Source: Basidiobolus meristosporus CBS 931.73 (Eukaryota > Fungi > Basidiobolomycota). Taken from it: a stretch of DNA of 64,000 nucleotides. The notes below the pieces were generated by a model. The model was not told the origin of the DNA and did not search any database. It worked only from the letters and a program-made list of their open reading frames with translations. Positions 50,340 to 62,250 of this stretch are shown piece after piece. Position 1 is the stretch's first letter. Each line of letters begins with the position of its first letter. The DNA lies in the NCBI GenBank assembly GCA_002104905.1, contig MCFE01000011.1, positions 62,001 through 126,000 of the forward strand, in the 5' to 3' direction. The translations under genes were made by a program, and so were the position numbers.

Positions 50340-53193
50340 ACCCAAATATTCTTAGATATTGTGCACTTGGCATGTATCCATACCATACCTCAAATGGAGT
50401 AGAACCACAAAGTATTCTGTTATAACTCCTATTTCTAAGGTATACAGCAGTGGCAACTGATTCTGCCCAAAAATCTTAAGATAATTTTTGGTCATGGATC
50501 ATAGATCTTGCCATATCAATTGTTGATCTTTTAGCACATTCTGCTACTTCATTTTGCTGTGGGGAGTATGGTACAGTAGTATCTTGCCTTATCCCACAAA
50601 TCTTGCAGAAGTGGATGAAGAGTTTTGAGGTATAATCTCCACCATTGTTGGAGTGTATTTTCTTGATTTTTTCACCAGTTTCTCTCTCTACCATGGCTTC
50701 AAGCTCCCTGAGCTTAGGCAGAGCTTCCTCCTTTCTTTCCATGAAGTAGACCCATGTGTATCTTGTATAATCTGAGCAAATTAGATCTAATGTTTTCTTA
50801 GTTTTGATTAACCCAGAGCTCTTGAATGGTTCTCTGGCTTGTTTCCCGTATATGCAGGCTTCACATTGCTCAAAATTGGCTGAGGGATCAAGTTTTACTC
50901 CAGAAACAAGCTGATCTTTGATCATTTTGCGCAAATAATCAAAATTGATGTGCCCAAATCTCCTATGCCAAAGCACTGGTGTTTCTTCATTTAAGTTACT
51001 TATATTGGCCTCCATACATGATGGAATATAAGTCAACTAGTATAGATTCTGATCTCTGATACCCAAGGCAATATGGGCACCATTTTGAGCAGTAATCTTG
51101 CATCCAGAATTGTCAAAGCTGAAATTGAGTCCTTCTCCAGTGGCCTTGCTGACAGATAGTAGGTTCTTGGCTATTTCTGGTACATAAGACCTGTTCCGTT
51201 AGCTAGTGCCACATTGAGCCATGAGTGCCAAATGATGTCATAGTGTGCCAGGGAGGCCAAGTGAGCCTACACTTGGCCACAGAGTGTGAAACATAGATCT
51301 GCATCTTCATGCAAAGCAGCCCCTATGTCTCACTCATTGTGATGGAGAAAATCCATTTTTTGACCTTTTTTTTTAGGTCAATGTTGTACAGGATGTGCAA
51401 GAGCACTAAAGGATTGAAGATATGCATCTGGTACTCAATACCCATGGCACTCTGAGTCTAGCTCCTGTGGCTTGTAACATGTCACAAAAATGCATGGCAC
51501 TATCTTGGTCCACTGGTACTATCCGGCACTATATTTAAATATCAGCCCTAAAGTAAGATCAATACAAAGCACTTATAGTGCCAGATAGTACCAGTGGACC
51601 AAGACAGTGCCATGCATTTTTGTGACATGTTACAAGCCACAGGAGCTAGACTCAGAGTGCCATGGGTATTGAGTACCAGATGTATATCTTCAATCCTTTA
51701 GTGCTCTTGCAGATCCTGCACAATATTGATCCACAAAAAAATGTCAAAAAATAGATTTTCTCCTGCATCATAGGTGAAACACAAGGGATGCTTTGCATCA
51801 AGATGCAGATCTATGTTTCACACTCTGTGGCCAAGTATAGGCTCACTTGGCCTCTCCAGCACACTATGGCATCATTTGGCACTCATGGCTCAATGTGGCA
51901 CTATCCAACGGAACAAGTCTATAGAGTACTTCTTTAAAAGTCAGTGTATGGCTTCCTTCACTGCTTCTAAGGTTTACCTGGATAGTTCCTTCTCCCACTG
52001 CATCAAGTGTTCTATTGTCACCCATGAAAACCTTCTTAATTGGAATTTCCTGATATTGGGTGAAATGTTCTTTTTGGTGTTTAAAGTGTTGAGACGCTCC
52101 AGGGTCAGTGTACCATGTCTGAGAATCCTTGTTTGTGGTCATACTTAGTGCAGATATTGATAGTCTATCTTCAGTTGTTGCAGCATTTCCATATTCAGGC
52201 TTCTTTTGCTTAGTATCTTTCTTTTTGAGATGCCTGTCTGATGTGTGTCCTCTCCTTTTGCAATAGTTGCAACACAGGTTGCTGTTGCCTTTGTAGGGTC
52301 TTGGGTACCTTCTTTGATGATTAACATTGCTTATTAAAGCATTTTCTTCTTCCTTCTTATTGGTGCTTATTTTCTTAGTTCTTCATCAAAGCGCTTTCCA
52401 TGTATGTAATTTAAGGTCAAATCTTCAGTTCTGGACTCTAGGGCTGATACAAGGCCCTGAAACCTGTCTGTCAGGCTATTCAGGTTGGTAACTCTCACAT
52501 TCACATCAGTAGTTGGTACACCCACAGATTCCATTTTATATACCAGCAGGGTAATTCTGTTAATTAGATTTTTCATTTCTTCTCCCGGCTGCATCTTTGT
52601 AGTAAATAATTTTTGTCTTGGATACATTTTCTTAGCAGCTGAGCATGACTGGCAGGTGTTGTCTAATGCCTTCCCAGCATTCTTTGTTGCTTTTGCTCCT
52701 GAGCATTGAATTAGCAATTTGTCTTTAACATTAAGGCAAATGCAGTTAAAGGCACTTTGTTCTCTCTTCTGGTACTTTGAGGCTTCCTCTCCCATGTTTT
52801 TAGGAGGGCATTCTTCTACCATGACAATATCCCAAGGGCCTCTTTCTTGTAGCAGCATCATCATCTTCACCTTCCACACTTGGTAGTTAGATCCATCTAA
52901 CTTTTCAGCGGAGGGAAATATTCCAGTAGTAGCAGTAGTAGACATTGCAGAGAGTGACAGCTTGGGGCCCATAACCTGTTGTAAGAGTCTTGGAGATATT
53001 GGAAGTTATTGGGAGAACAATTAGATTATGTGGTTTTCACTTAATGATTTATTGAATGTAAAGGTTGTATTTATACTTTTACATGGTGTTAGGTGTAACA
53101 AGGAATTTGGTCAGTATTCTCCGTGATATGAGGATAATTATGTAAGTGACTAAGTTAGGTGAATATTTAGGTGGAATTACAAACTTTTACAAC
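50340..53193 (-). mobile_element. Copia family A copy (partial integrase, PR, gag, PBS, deleted 5' LTR 52977-53193), interrupted by a MITE
   Basis: ORFs 50476-51036 (integrase), 51864-52142 (PR) and 52367-52972 (gag); PBS reads GGTTATGGGCCC on minus at 52965-52976. Confidence 0.9.
51187..51920. mobile_element. Foldback MITE, 734 bp: ~347-bp inverted arms, 40-bp spacer, 3-bp TSD ATA
   Basis: Ends AGACCTGTTCCGTT / AACGGAACAAGTCT; ATA at 51184-51186 and 51921-51923; empty site visible in the paralogous copia at ~57050-57075. Confidence 0.9.
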
Positions 53194-53797
53194 AAAAACT
53201 GCATTTTTTAATGGGGAACTTCATGAGGATGTGTGTATGGACCAGCCTGATGGGTTTGTTGACCAAGATAACACCCATTTGGTCTGCAAGCTTAAGAAGT
53301 CTCTATATAGACTCAAAAAATTTCCAAGACCCTGGAATTGCAAGATAGATTCTTATTAGGAATCTTTGAGTTTCAACAGGAGTAATGCTGACTATAGTAT
53401 GTACTATAAGCCAGATGGAGCAAGTCCAGTACTATTAGCTCTATATGTGGATGATCTTATTGTAGTCATCAATAACCTTGAAACAATGCAAGAGACTAAA
53501 TACAGCCTATCTAAGGGGGTCAAGATATCCAATCTGGGAAAACTCAGTTACTACTTAGGGATAAAGTTCCCCATAGACAGAAGTACCCAGTCTATCACAC
53601 TAAGCCAGTCCATGCATATTCAAGATATACTAAAGAAGTACTAAATGGATGACTGTTGTTGTAGAAATTTGTAATTCCACCTAAATATTCCCCTAACTTA
53701 GTCACTTAGATCATTACCTTCAAATCCCAGAAGAGACTGACCAAGTCCCTAGTTGAGATTTACTTCGAGTATTTTCACCAAAATACCAGATACCCAG
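53194..53797 (+). mobile_element. Copia A RT fragment and partial LTR in opposite orientation to its neighbours
   Basis: KTAFFNGELHEDVCMDQPDGF...LKKSLYRLKK; LLALYVDDLIV (RT YVDD); LTR start at ~53658. Confidence 0.85.
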
Positions 53798-56700
53798 TGC
53801 TGTAAGAGTCTTGGAGATATTGGCAGTGATTGGGAGGACAAGTAGATTATGTGGTCTTCACTAAATGATTAATTGAATGTGAAAGTTGTATTTATACTTC
53901 TACATGGTCTTTAGATTACAAACACATTGAATAGGTTAAGGAAGGTCCCAAGAAGATGTACGCATAGTTTGGGGCTGTTTGGACAACTTTCAGAATTTTC
54001 ATGCTCTGGGTACCTGGTATTTTTGTGAAAATATTCTAAGTAAACCCTGACAAGGAATTTGGTCAGTATTTTCTAGGATTTTAAGGTAATGATCTAAGTG
54101 ACTAAGTTGGGTGAATATTTAGTTGGAAATACAAATTCTTACAACACCCCCACTCAGTTAAATGCTTGTACTGACTAGTCCCAATTTTGACCTAAGATAT
54201 TCAAACTTGTATCTAGCTAATGGTTTTGTTGGTATGCCTGCAATCATTTCATCTGAAGGTCAGTAAGCTAAGCTAACTAAGTTATTCTCTGTAGCTTCAC
54301 ATATGAACTGATGTCTAATATCTATGTGCTTAGCTCTAGCATGAAAAGTTGGATTTCTACCTAATTATATACATCCTTGATTATCTTGAAATAAAGTAAT
54401 AGGTGTTTTTGACCTAGGACTAAATCTGTAAAAAGCTTTCTTAACCACATTGCTTCTTTTGTAGCTTTACAGGCTGCCATGTACTCTGCCTCTGTGGTAG
54501 AAAGTGCTATGGTTGATTGCTTTCTTGAGTTCCATGAAATTGCTCCTATATAGTAAAGAAAGGTGTATCCTGTGATAGATCTTCTGTCTTCCAAATTTTG
54601 TCCCCAATCAGCATCAGAGTATCCCACAAGATCCTGTCCTGGATCCTTATAAGTGTATCTTAAGCAGACATCAGTAGTTCCTTTTAGGTATCTAAAAATC
54701 TGCTTAACTGCTGCAATATCATCAGATCCATAGTTCTGATTATGTTGGCTGACAACTCCCTCTGAATATGAGATATCTAGACATGTTCCAAGCATGATAT
54801 ACATCAGACTGCTGACCATAGATTGCTAAGGAAAGTCAGGGCTTTCAGATGGCACCAAGCTCTCTTGATTTGATTGAGTTTTGACCAAGCTAAGGTTTGT
54901 CTCCATTGGGGTAGCTGCTGGTTTACAGTCTTCCATTTTGTGCTTCTTTAGTATATCTTGAATATACTTGGATTGGCTTAGGGTAATAGTCAGGGTGCCT
55001 CTGTCTATGAAGAACTTAATCCCTAAGTAGTAATTGAGTTCTCCTAGATTGGACATCTTGAACTCCTTAGATAGGCTGGATTTAGTCTCTTCCAATGTAT
55101 CTAGGTTATTGGCAGGTATAATAAGATCATCCACATATAGAGCTAATAGAGCTGGACTTGCTCTATCTGGCTTATAGTATATACTATAGTCAGCATTACT
55201 CCTTTTGAAACTCAGAGATTCCAAATAAGAATCTATCTTGCAATTCCAGGCTCTTGGCAATTGTTTGAGACCATATAGAGACTTTTAAGCTTGCAGACCA
55301 AATGGGGGTTATCTTGGTCAACAAACCCATCAGACTGGTCCATATACACATCCTCATCAAGTTCTCCATTCAAAAATGCAGTATTTACATCCATTTGATG
55401 AAAAATAACCTATATCTGGCTGCAATAGCCAATATTAATCTGTTGGAATTAAATTTGGCTGCTGGTGCAAAGGTCTCAGTATAGTCAGGTCCTTTTGTTT
55501 GAGAGTATCCTTTGGCCAGAAGTCATGCTTTGTACCTTTCAATTGTACCATCAGCCTTGTATTTGTCTTGAAGACCCTTCTGCATCAAATTGATTTTTGG
55601 TTGTTTGGTAATTTGACAAAGTGCCAAGTTTGATTTTCCATCAGGGCCTGATATTCCTCAGTCATTGCAGATCCCCAAAAGTTTGTCTGAGGGCTATTTA
55701 GGGCCTCTTTTACAGTCTGGGGCTCATGAATATGGTCTGAATAGGCATAGGCTAAGTTTGTACCCTCATTGATATAGCAATTTGGGCTATTTCTTGTCCA
55801 ATTGGATCTCCAGGCATTTGATACTGGAATGAGCACTTTTGGGATATTCCTGTGCACTGTTTCCAGCTGAACTATGGTTGTAGAGTCCTCTGGAGTGAAA
55901 AAATTTTCATTGTTTTGCTCTTAATCAATCCTGACAATTGGTGGACTTGAGATCAGATTTTTGTCATCATCTGATGTCATTTTGTGTGAAAATTTTGAAT
56001 TTTCATCAAACAACATATCCCTGGACTTGATTAGCTTCTTTGCTTTGGTATTGTAGAGTCTGTATGCTTTACTCTCATTGCAGTAACCCAAAAATATGCA
56101 CTTTACACTTTTTGGCTCATATTTGACTGATTTCCAGGCAGTTTCTTGGTATATGCTGTACACCCAAACATTCTTAGACATTCTGCACTTGTTCTGTATC
56201 CACACCATGCTTTGAATGGAGTAGATATTCTGTTATAACTCCTATTTTGAAGGTATACAGCTGTAGCAACTGATTCTGCCCAAAAATCTTAGGATAATTT
56301 TTGATCATGGATCATAGATCTTGCCATGTCAATTGTTGATCTGTTGGCACATTCTGCTACTCCATTTTGCTGTGGGGAGTTTGGTACAATAGTCTCTTGC
56401 GTTATCCCACAAATCTTGCAGAAGTGGATGAAGAGTTTTGAGGTATAATCTCCACCATTGTTGGAGTGTATTTTCTTGATTTTTTCACCAGTTTCTCTGC
56501 CCACCATGGCTTTGTACTCCCTGAGCTTAGACAGAGCTTGTTCCTTTTTCTCCATGAAGTAGACCCATGTGTATCTTGTATAATCATCAATAAAAGTGAT
56601 TAAAAACTTCATCCTGCCTAAGGATCAAATTTGCATAGATCCACCCATATCTGAGCAAATTAGATCTCATTTTTTCTTAGTTTTGATTAACCCAGAGCTC

Positions 56701-58237
56701 TGAAATGGTTGTCTGGCTTGTTTCCCATATATGCAGGCTTCACAGTGCTCCAAATTAGCTGGGGGATCAAGTTTTACTCCAGAAGTTAGCATATCTTTGA
56801 TCATTGTGCACAAATAATCAAAATTGATGTGTCCAAATTTTCAGTGCCAAAGCATTGGTGTTTCTCCATTCAAGCTATTTATATAGGCTTCCAAATATGA
56901 TGGAATATAAGTCAACTTGTATAGATTCTGATCTCTGATACCCAAAGCAATATGTGCACCATTTTGATCAGTAATCTTGCATCCAGAATTGTCAAAGCTG
57001 AAACAGAGTCCTTCTGCTGTGGCCTTGGTTACAAAGAGTAGGGTCTTGGCTATTTCTGGTACATAGAGTACTTCTTTAAAAGTCAGTGTATGGCTTCCTT
57101 CACTGCTTCTAAGGTTTACCTGGATAGTTCCTTCTCCCACTGCATCAAGTGTTCTATTGTCACCCATGAAAACCTTCTTAATTGGAATTTCTTGATATTG
57201 GGTAAAAAGTTCTTTTTGGTGTTTAAAGTGTTGAGACGCTCCAGGGTCAGTGTACCATGTCTGAGAATCCTTGTTTGTGGTCATACTTAGTGCAGATATT
57301 GATAGTCTATCTTCAGTTGTTGCAGCATTTCCATATTCAGGCTTCTTTTGCTTAGTATCTTTCTTTTTGAGATGCCTGTCTGATGTGTGTCCTCTCCTTT
57401 TGCAGTAGTTGCAAAACAGGTTGCTGTTGCCTTTGTAGGGTCTTGGGTACCTTCTTTGTTGGTTAATATTGCTTATTAAAGCATTGTCTTCTTCCTTCTT
57501 ATTGGTGCTTATTTTCTTAGTTCTTCATCCAAGAGCTTTCCATGTATGTAATTTAAGGTCAAATCTTCAGTTCTGGACTCTAGGGCTGATACAAGGCCCT
57601 GAAGCCTGTCTGTCAGGCTATTCAGGATGGTAACTATCACATCCACATCAGTAGTTGGTACACCCACAGATTTCATTTCATCTACCAGCAGGGTAATTCT
57701 GTTAATTAGATTTTTCATTTCTTCTCCTGGCTGCATCTTTGTAGTAAAGAATTTTTGTCTTGGATACATTTTCTTAGCAGCTGAGCATGACTGGTAGGTG
57801 TCTTCTAATGCCTTCCCAGCATTCTTTGTTGTTTTTGCTCCTGAGCATTGAATTAGCAATTTGTCCTTGACATTAAGGCAAATGCAGTTAAAGGCACTTT
57901 GTTCTTTCTTCTGGTACTTTAAAGCTTCCTCTCCCATGTTTTTAGGAGGGCATTCTTCTACCATGACAACAACCCAAAGGCCTCTTTCTTTTAGCAGTAT
58001 CTTCATCTTCACCTTCCATGCTTGCTAGTTAGATCCATCCAACTTTTCAGCAGAGGGAAAAATTCCAGTAGTAGCAGTAGTGGACATTGCAGAGAGTGAC
58101 AGCTTGGGGCTCATAACTTGTTGTAAGAGTCTTGGAGATATTGGAAGTGATTGGGAGAACAAGTAGACAATGTGGTTTTCACTTAATGATTTATTGAATG
58201 TAAAAGTAGTATTGATACTTTTACATGGTCTTGGCAT
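53798..58237 (-). mobile_element. Near full-length degenerate copia family A element (3' LTR 53798-54146, PPT, RNaseH, RT, IN, PR, gag, partial 5' LTR from 58119)
   Basis: Order gag-PR-IN-RT-RH; YVDD, GYSDADWG, ALSTTEAEYMA; PPT gagtggggg next to the LTR; PBS-like agttatgagcccc. Confidence 0.93.
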
Positions 58238-58239
58238 TA

Positions 58240-59191
58240 AGTGAAAACCCCATAATCTGCTTGTCCTCCAAATCACTTCCAATATCTCCAAGACTCTTAC
58301 AACAACTGTAAACCAGCAGCTACACCAATGGAGACAAACCTTGACTTGGACAAAACTCAGCCAGATCAAGAGAGCTTGGTGCCATCTGAAAGCCCTGACT
58401 TTCCTTATCCATCTATGGTCAGCAGTCTGATGTAATCATGCTTGGAACATGTCCAGATATCTCATATTTTGTAGGAGTTGTCAGCTAGCATAATCAGAAC
58501 TATGGATCTGATCATATTGCAGCAGTAAAGTGGATTTTTAGATGTCTAAAAGGAACAGCTGATATCTACTTAAGATACACTTATAAGGATTCAGAACAGG
58601 ATCTTGTAGGATACTCTGATGCTGATTGGGGACAAAATTTGGATGTCAAAAGATCCACCACAGGATACACCTTTCTTTATTGTCAAGGAGCAACTTCATT
58701 GAATTCAAGAAAGCAACAATTAGCTTACCATCTTACAGATGAAATGATTGCAGGCATATTTACCAAACCATTAGCTAGAGACAAGTTTGAATATCTTAGG
58801 TCAAAACTAGGACTAGTCAGTGTGAACATTTAGTAGAGTTGAAGTGTTGTAAAAATTTGTAATTTCACCTAAATAACCACCTAACCTAGTCAATTAGATC
58901 ATTACCTCCAAATCCTAGAAAATACTGACCAAAATCCTTGTTGGGATTTACTTAGAATATTTTCACTAAAATACCATGTACCCAGAACATGAAAATTCTC
59001 AAAGTTGTTCAAACAGCCCCAAACTATGCACACATGTTCTTGAGACCTTCCTAAGCTTATTCTACATGTTTGTTATGCCAAGATCATGTAAAAGTATGAT
59101 ATTACTTTTACATTCAATAAATCATCAAGTGAAAACCACATAATCTACTTGTTCTCCCAATCACTTCTAATATCTCCAAGACTCATACAAC
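58240..59191 (+). mobile_element. Copia A: LTR end, deleted RT/RNaseH fragment and 3' LTR (~58845-59191)
   Basis: MIAGIFTKPLARDKFEYLRSKLGL terminus followed by LTR tgttgtaaaaatttg...gactcatacaaca. Confidence 0.85.
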
Positions 59192-60272
59192 ATCATCAAG
59201 ATTAGATAGCTCCCCTAAAAGTATAGGTACTTTACTTCCAACTCTATGAAACAACAGGTGAATATCATGCAACTCTACTGGTTCTACTAATCACTGTCAA
59301 TACTGCCAATAATCTTGTAACAAGGTTTACATTGTACTTGTTGGACCTGGTTACCTGTATGTACTGTATAGAATGCTATATTAAACATGAAGCTGATGTT
59401 GACTGATTCCAGTAATTTAGCAAAATTTAGGGTGATAACTTGTGTTCTGAGAGATTCCTATCATGATATTGTCATTCATGTGTCAGCCAAGATTTGCTGA
59501 GTATTCCTCCTACCAATCTCTATGGCAAATGCACAAATATTCTTGACTTTTTCCTCCAATATTCATGTATTGGCATGCTTGTCATATATGTCATGAGCTT
59601 CAGTATGATGTACTTAAAGGAGTTAATGTACAGGATCCCAAAAGCTATACTGCATATTAATGACTTCATCAGTATAAGCCACATAGTGTTTCTGCCATCA
59701 ACAAAAGCCGGCGGTTTAAATACAAGCAGAGAGCAGCCCTCAGGCTGCATGATATCTGAGTGGAGGGTGCATGCTACAAGTTCAGATTTCAACAGGAACA
59801 GTTCAAAACTGGATATATTCATGTACACATAACTGTATTAGGTTGGCCACGGTTATAAGTATCAAACGTTACACAAGCTATATAAGTTTATAGAATGTAG
59901 AACTCGTTGGACCAATCCATCGCTAGTTACCAGCATTGCAGTAGCGACTAAATCCTCTGCAAGATTATGGGAGATACCTATCCCACCCATCCAGGAGAGC
60001 AAGTTTTACGCAATTACCACACCAATTGATCCAACAGATTGCCTTCCTCCACAAACCAAATCATTCCATTTCCTTATCAAGTTACAAAACCCATGGATAT
60101 TTTGCCAAGTTCCTTTCGCTTCGCTCTCAATATCAAGTCTACAGGATATTGTGGTCGGCTTAACTCCTGCTCTTCGATTACGAGAATTCATTTTTGGGCT
60201 TTACCATCTATAGAACGTTACTATTAAACCGGATACCAAGGGAACTTTCTTGCCAAATTTAATCCAACCAAG

Positions 60273-61794
60273 ATGGCCTTGTCGAAAGCAGCATCTGGGT
60301 TCAAAAACCTGGTTTACATGAGCATGTCAAACTGTATTCCCTTGCCTGTGCTTAATATCAACGGGAGAAGCTTCAAGATTCTGAAGCTACTTGGTGAAGG
60401 GTGAGCAAAAAAGACTTCTCAACTCAAATACCCTGACAATATTTAACTAGCTGTGTGCCCTCCTTTTTTCGCTTCCCAGGGGGTTCAGTGTAGTATATTT
60501 GGTAAAGGACTCTGCTACCGGCCGTCAGTTCGCTTTGAAGAAGATCCATTGTCCTTTGGGGACCGATTCCTTCAAGGATGCCATGCGCGAGGCTGAATTG
60601 TACAAACTTTTCTCCCACCCCAATATCATCCGGGTCATGGTATACAGAAAATAAGCAGTGGGTTTGTCTTTCCTCAAGTACTCAATCGACTCGACCATTT
60701 CTAGGATAATTGCGTGTTTCAAGAGAAAAATGGAGATAAGACGGTCTACATATTTCTTCCTTACTACAAGGTATTGTTAGTTTACGTTTGCTTCACGAAA
60801 CTCGGAATGGAAAGCTGATAGTTTGAAAGAACGGAACCCTTCAGGACATTATCTCTGCAAATGTCATGAACCATCTTCAACTTCCGGAAAAGAAAATCTT
60901 GAAAATGTTCCATGGGGTTTGTTTGGCAGTTCGAGAGCTGCATACCTTTGAGCTACCGAATATCCCAGTCGTAGCTGAGAATCCTGCAGACTTTGCTGGA
61001 CTAGATGCCGGAGGAAACAGAGTACCCTATGCTCACCGTGATATCAAACCAAGGTGAAAGACATCACTTACTGGTCTTGGTCTACATTTATGCTTACAGC
61101 CCTTTCTTTTCCAGTAATGTTATTCTTGGGGATGACGCCACTCCGATTTTGATGGATTTCGGTAGCGTAGTTCGAGCAAAGATTGTAATCAAGACCCGCC
61201 AACAAGCATTGTTGGAACAAGTAAGCTTCAAGCGCTGTAGGTGCATGGTACCGACTATCTAACCGCCATATTGTGTACAGGACAGGGCAGCGGAGTTCTC
61301 GACTATGGCTTATAGAGCTCCCGAGCTCTTCGATGTAAAGACAGGCAGTGTATTGAATGAGAAAGTGGATATTTGGGTATGCTGGTTTACATGGGCTCCT
61401 TTTTTATTGGACACCGTTGTTTATTCTCCCATTAGTCTTTAGGATGCTTACTTTACGCCATCGCCTATGGACAGTCTCCTTTCGAGGCAAACCAAAATGA
61501 ACAAGGTGGGAATATCGCCCTTGCTGTGCAGAACTGCAAGTTCAACTTTCCTAGCGATGACTTGTATGTATTCATGGTTTGTGGTGATTGAGGATTAGAG
61601 GATAACAGAATCTGCTAGATATTCCGAGCATTTCCGTGAGCTAATTCGGTATATGCTGGTGCTGGATGTTAAGCAAAGACCAGATATCCATCAGGTTCGT
61701 TACTGCCTGTGGCAAGTCGGTGCTATCTACAACTGATATTGATTTTCTTTAATCCTAGGTCATTTCAAGGTTGGATGAGATGCTGTTCAACTAA
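60273..61794 (+). CDS. ENV7: Env7/STK16 (NAK-family) Ser/Thr kinase, multi-exon
   Basis: Spliced reading: LLGEGGFSVVYLV...ALKKI...HPNII...YAHRDIKP...ILMDFGS...TMAYRAPELFDVKTGSVLNEKVDIWSLGC...QRPDIHQV. Confidence 0.9.
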
Positions 61795-62250
61795 ACAGTG
61801 AACCTCACATAACTGACGCGACGACGCAATGACTTATTTCAAACCATTACCATATGATAGCAAAGTTATCTCTAATATCATCATCAACCATTGTGGTTTC
61901 CAAGATTCACCTCCTCGTTACCACTGAACCAATTTGACCCATTTAATATGCATCTTGCAACATACCCTATATCTGTTAAGACTTGCCCTATCCTACATAT
62001 AGGACTTATTAAAATGAATTTCAACCGGAAAGTCCCTATTCGACCCAGTAGCAACGGTCCAACTGATGGAGGTGAATGTATGCTGGAATGATGCGATGCT
62101 TTTATACTTTATAATGCATTTTAATTACAGGTCAACACGGCATTGTCAGCTGCGAGAACATAGTGATTTACATATCAATACAGGAAAGGTGTTGCAATAT
62201 AAATGAGATTGAAATACCTGATGATAGTAGTGGTTCCGATCACCAAAAAT

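Larger units (their letters stand above)
18050..59850. mobile_element. Nested transposon island (~42 kb), CpG-depleted
   Basis: Continuous mosaic of copia, gypsy, CACTA and MITE pieces; no host genes; CG dinucleotides rare throughout except in the MutS insert. Confidence 0.92.

Noticed and set aside
18050-59850. Whole island as a giant endogenous viral element
   Set aside because: Apart from the MutS7 insert, all recognisable coding remnants are transposon-derived; no capsid, PolB or packaging ATPase seen.
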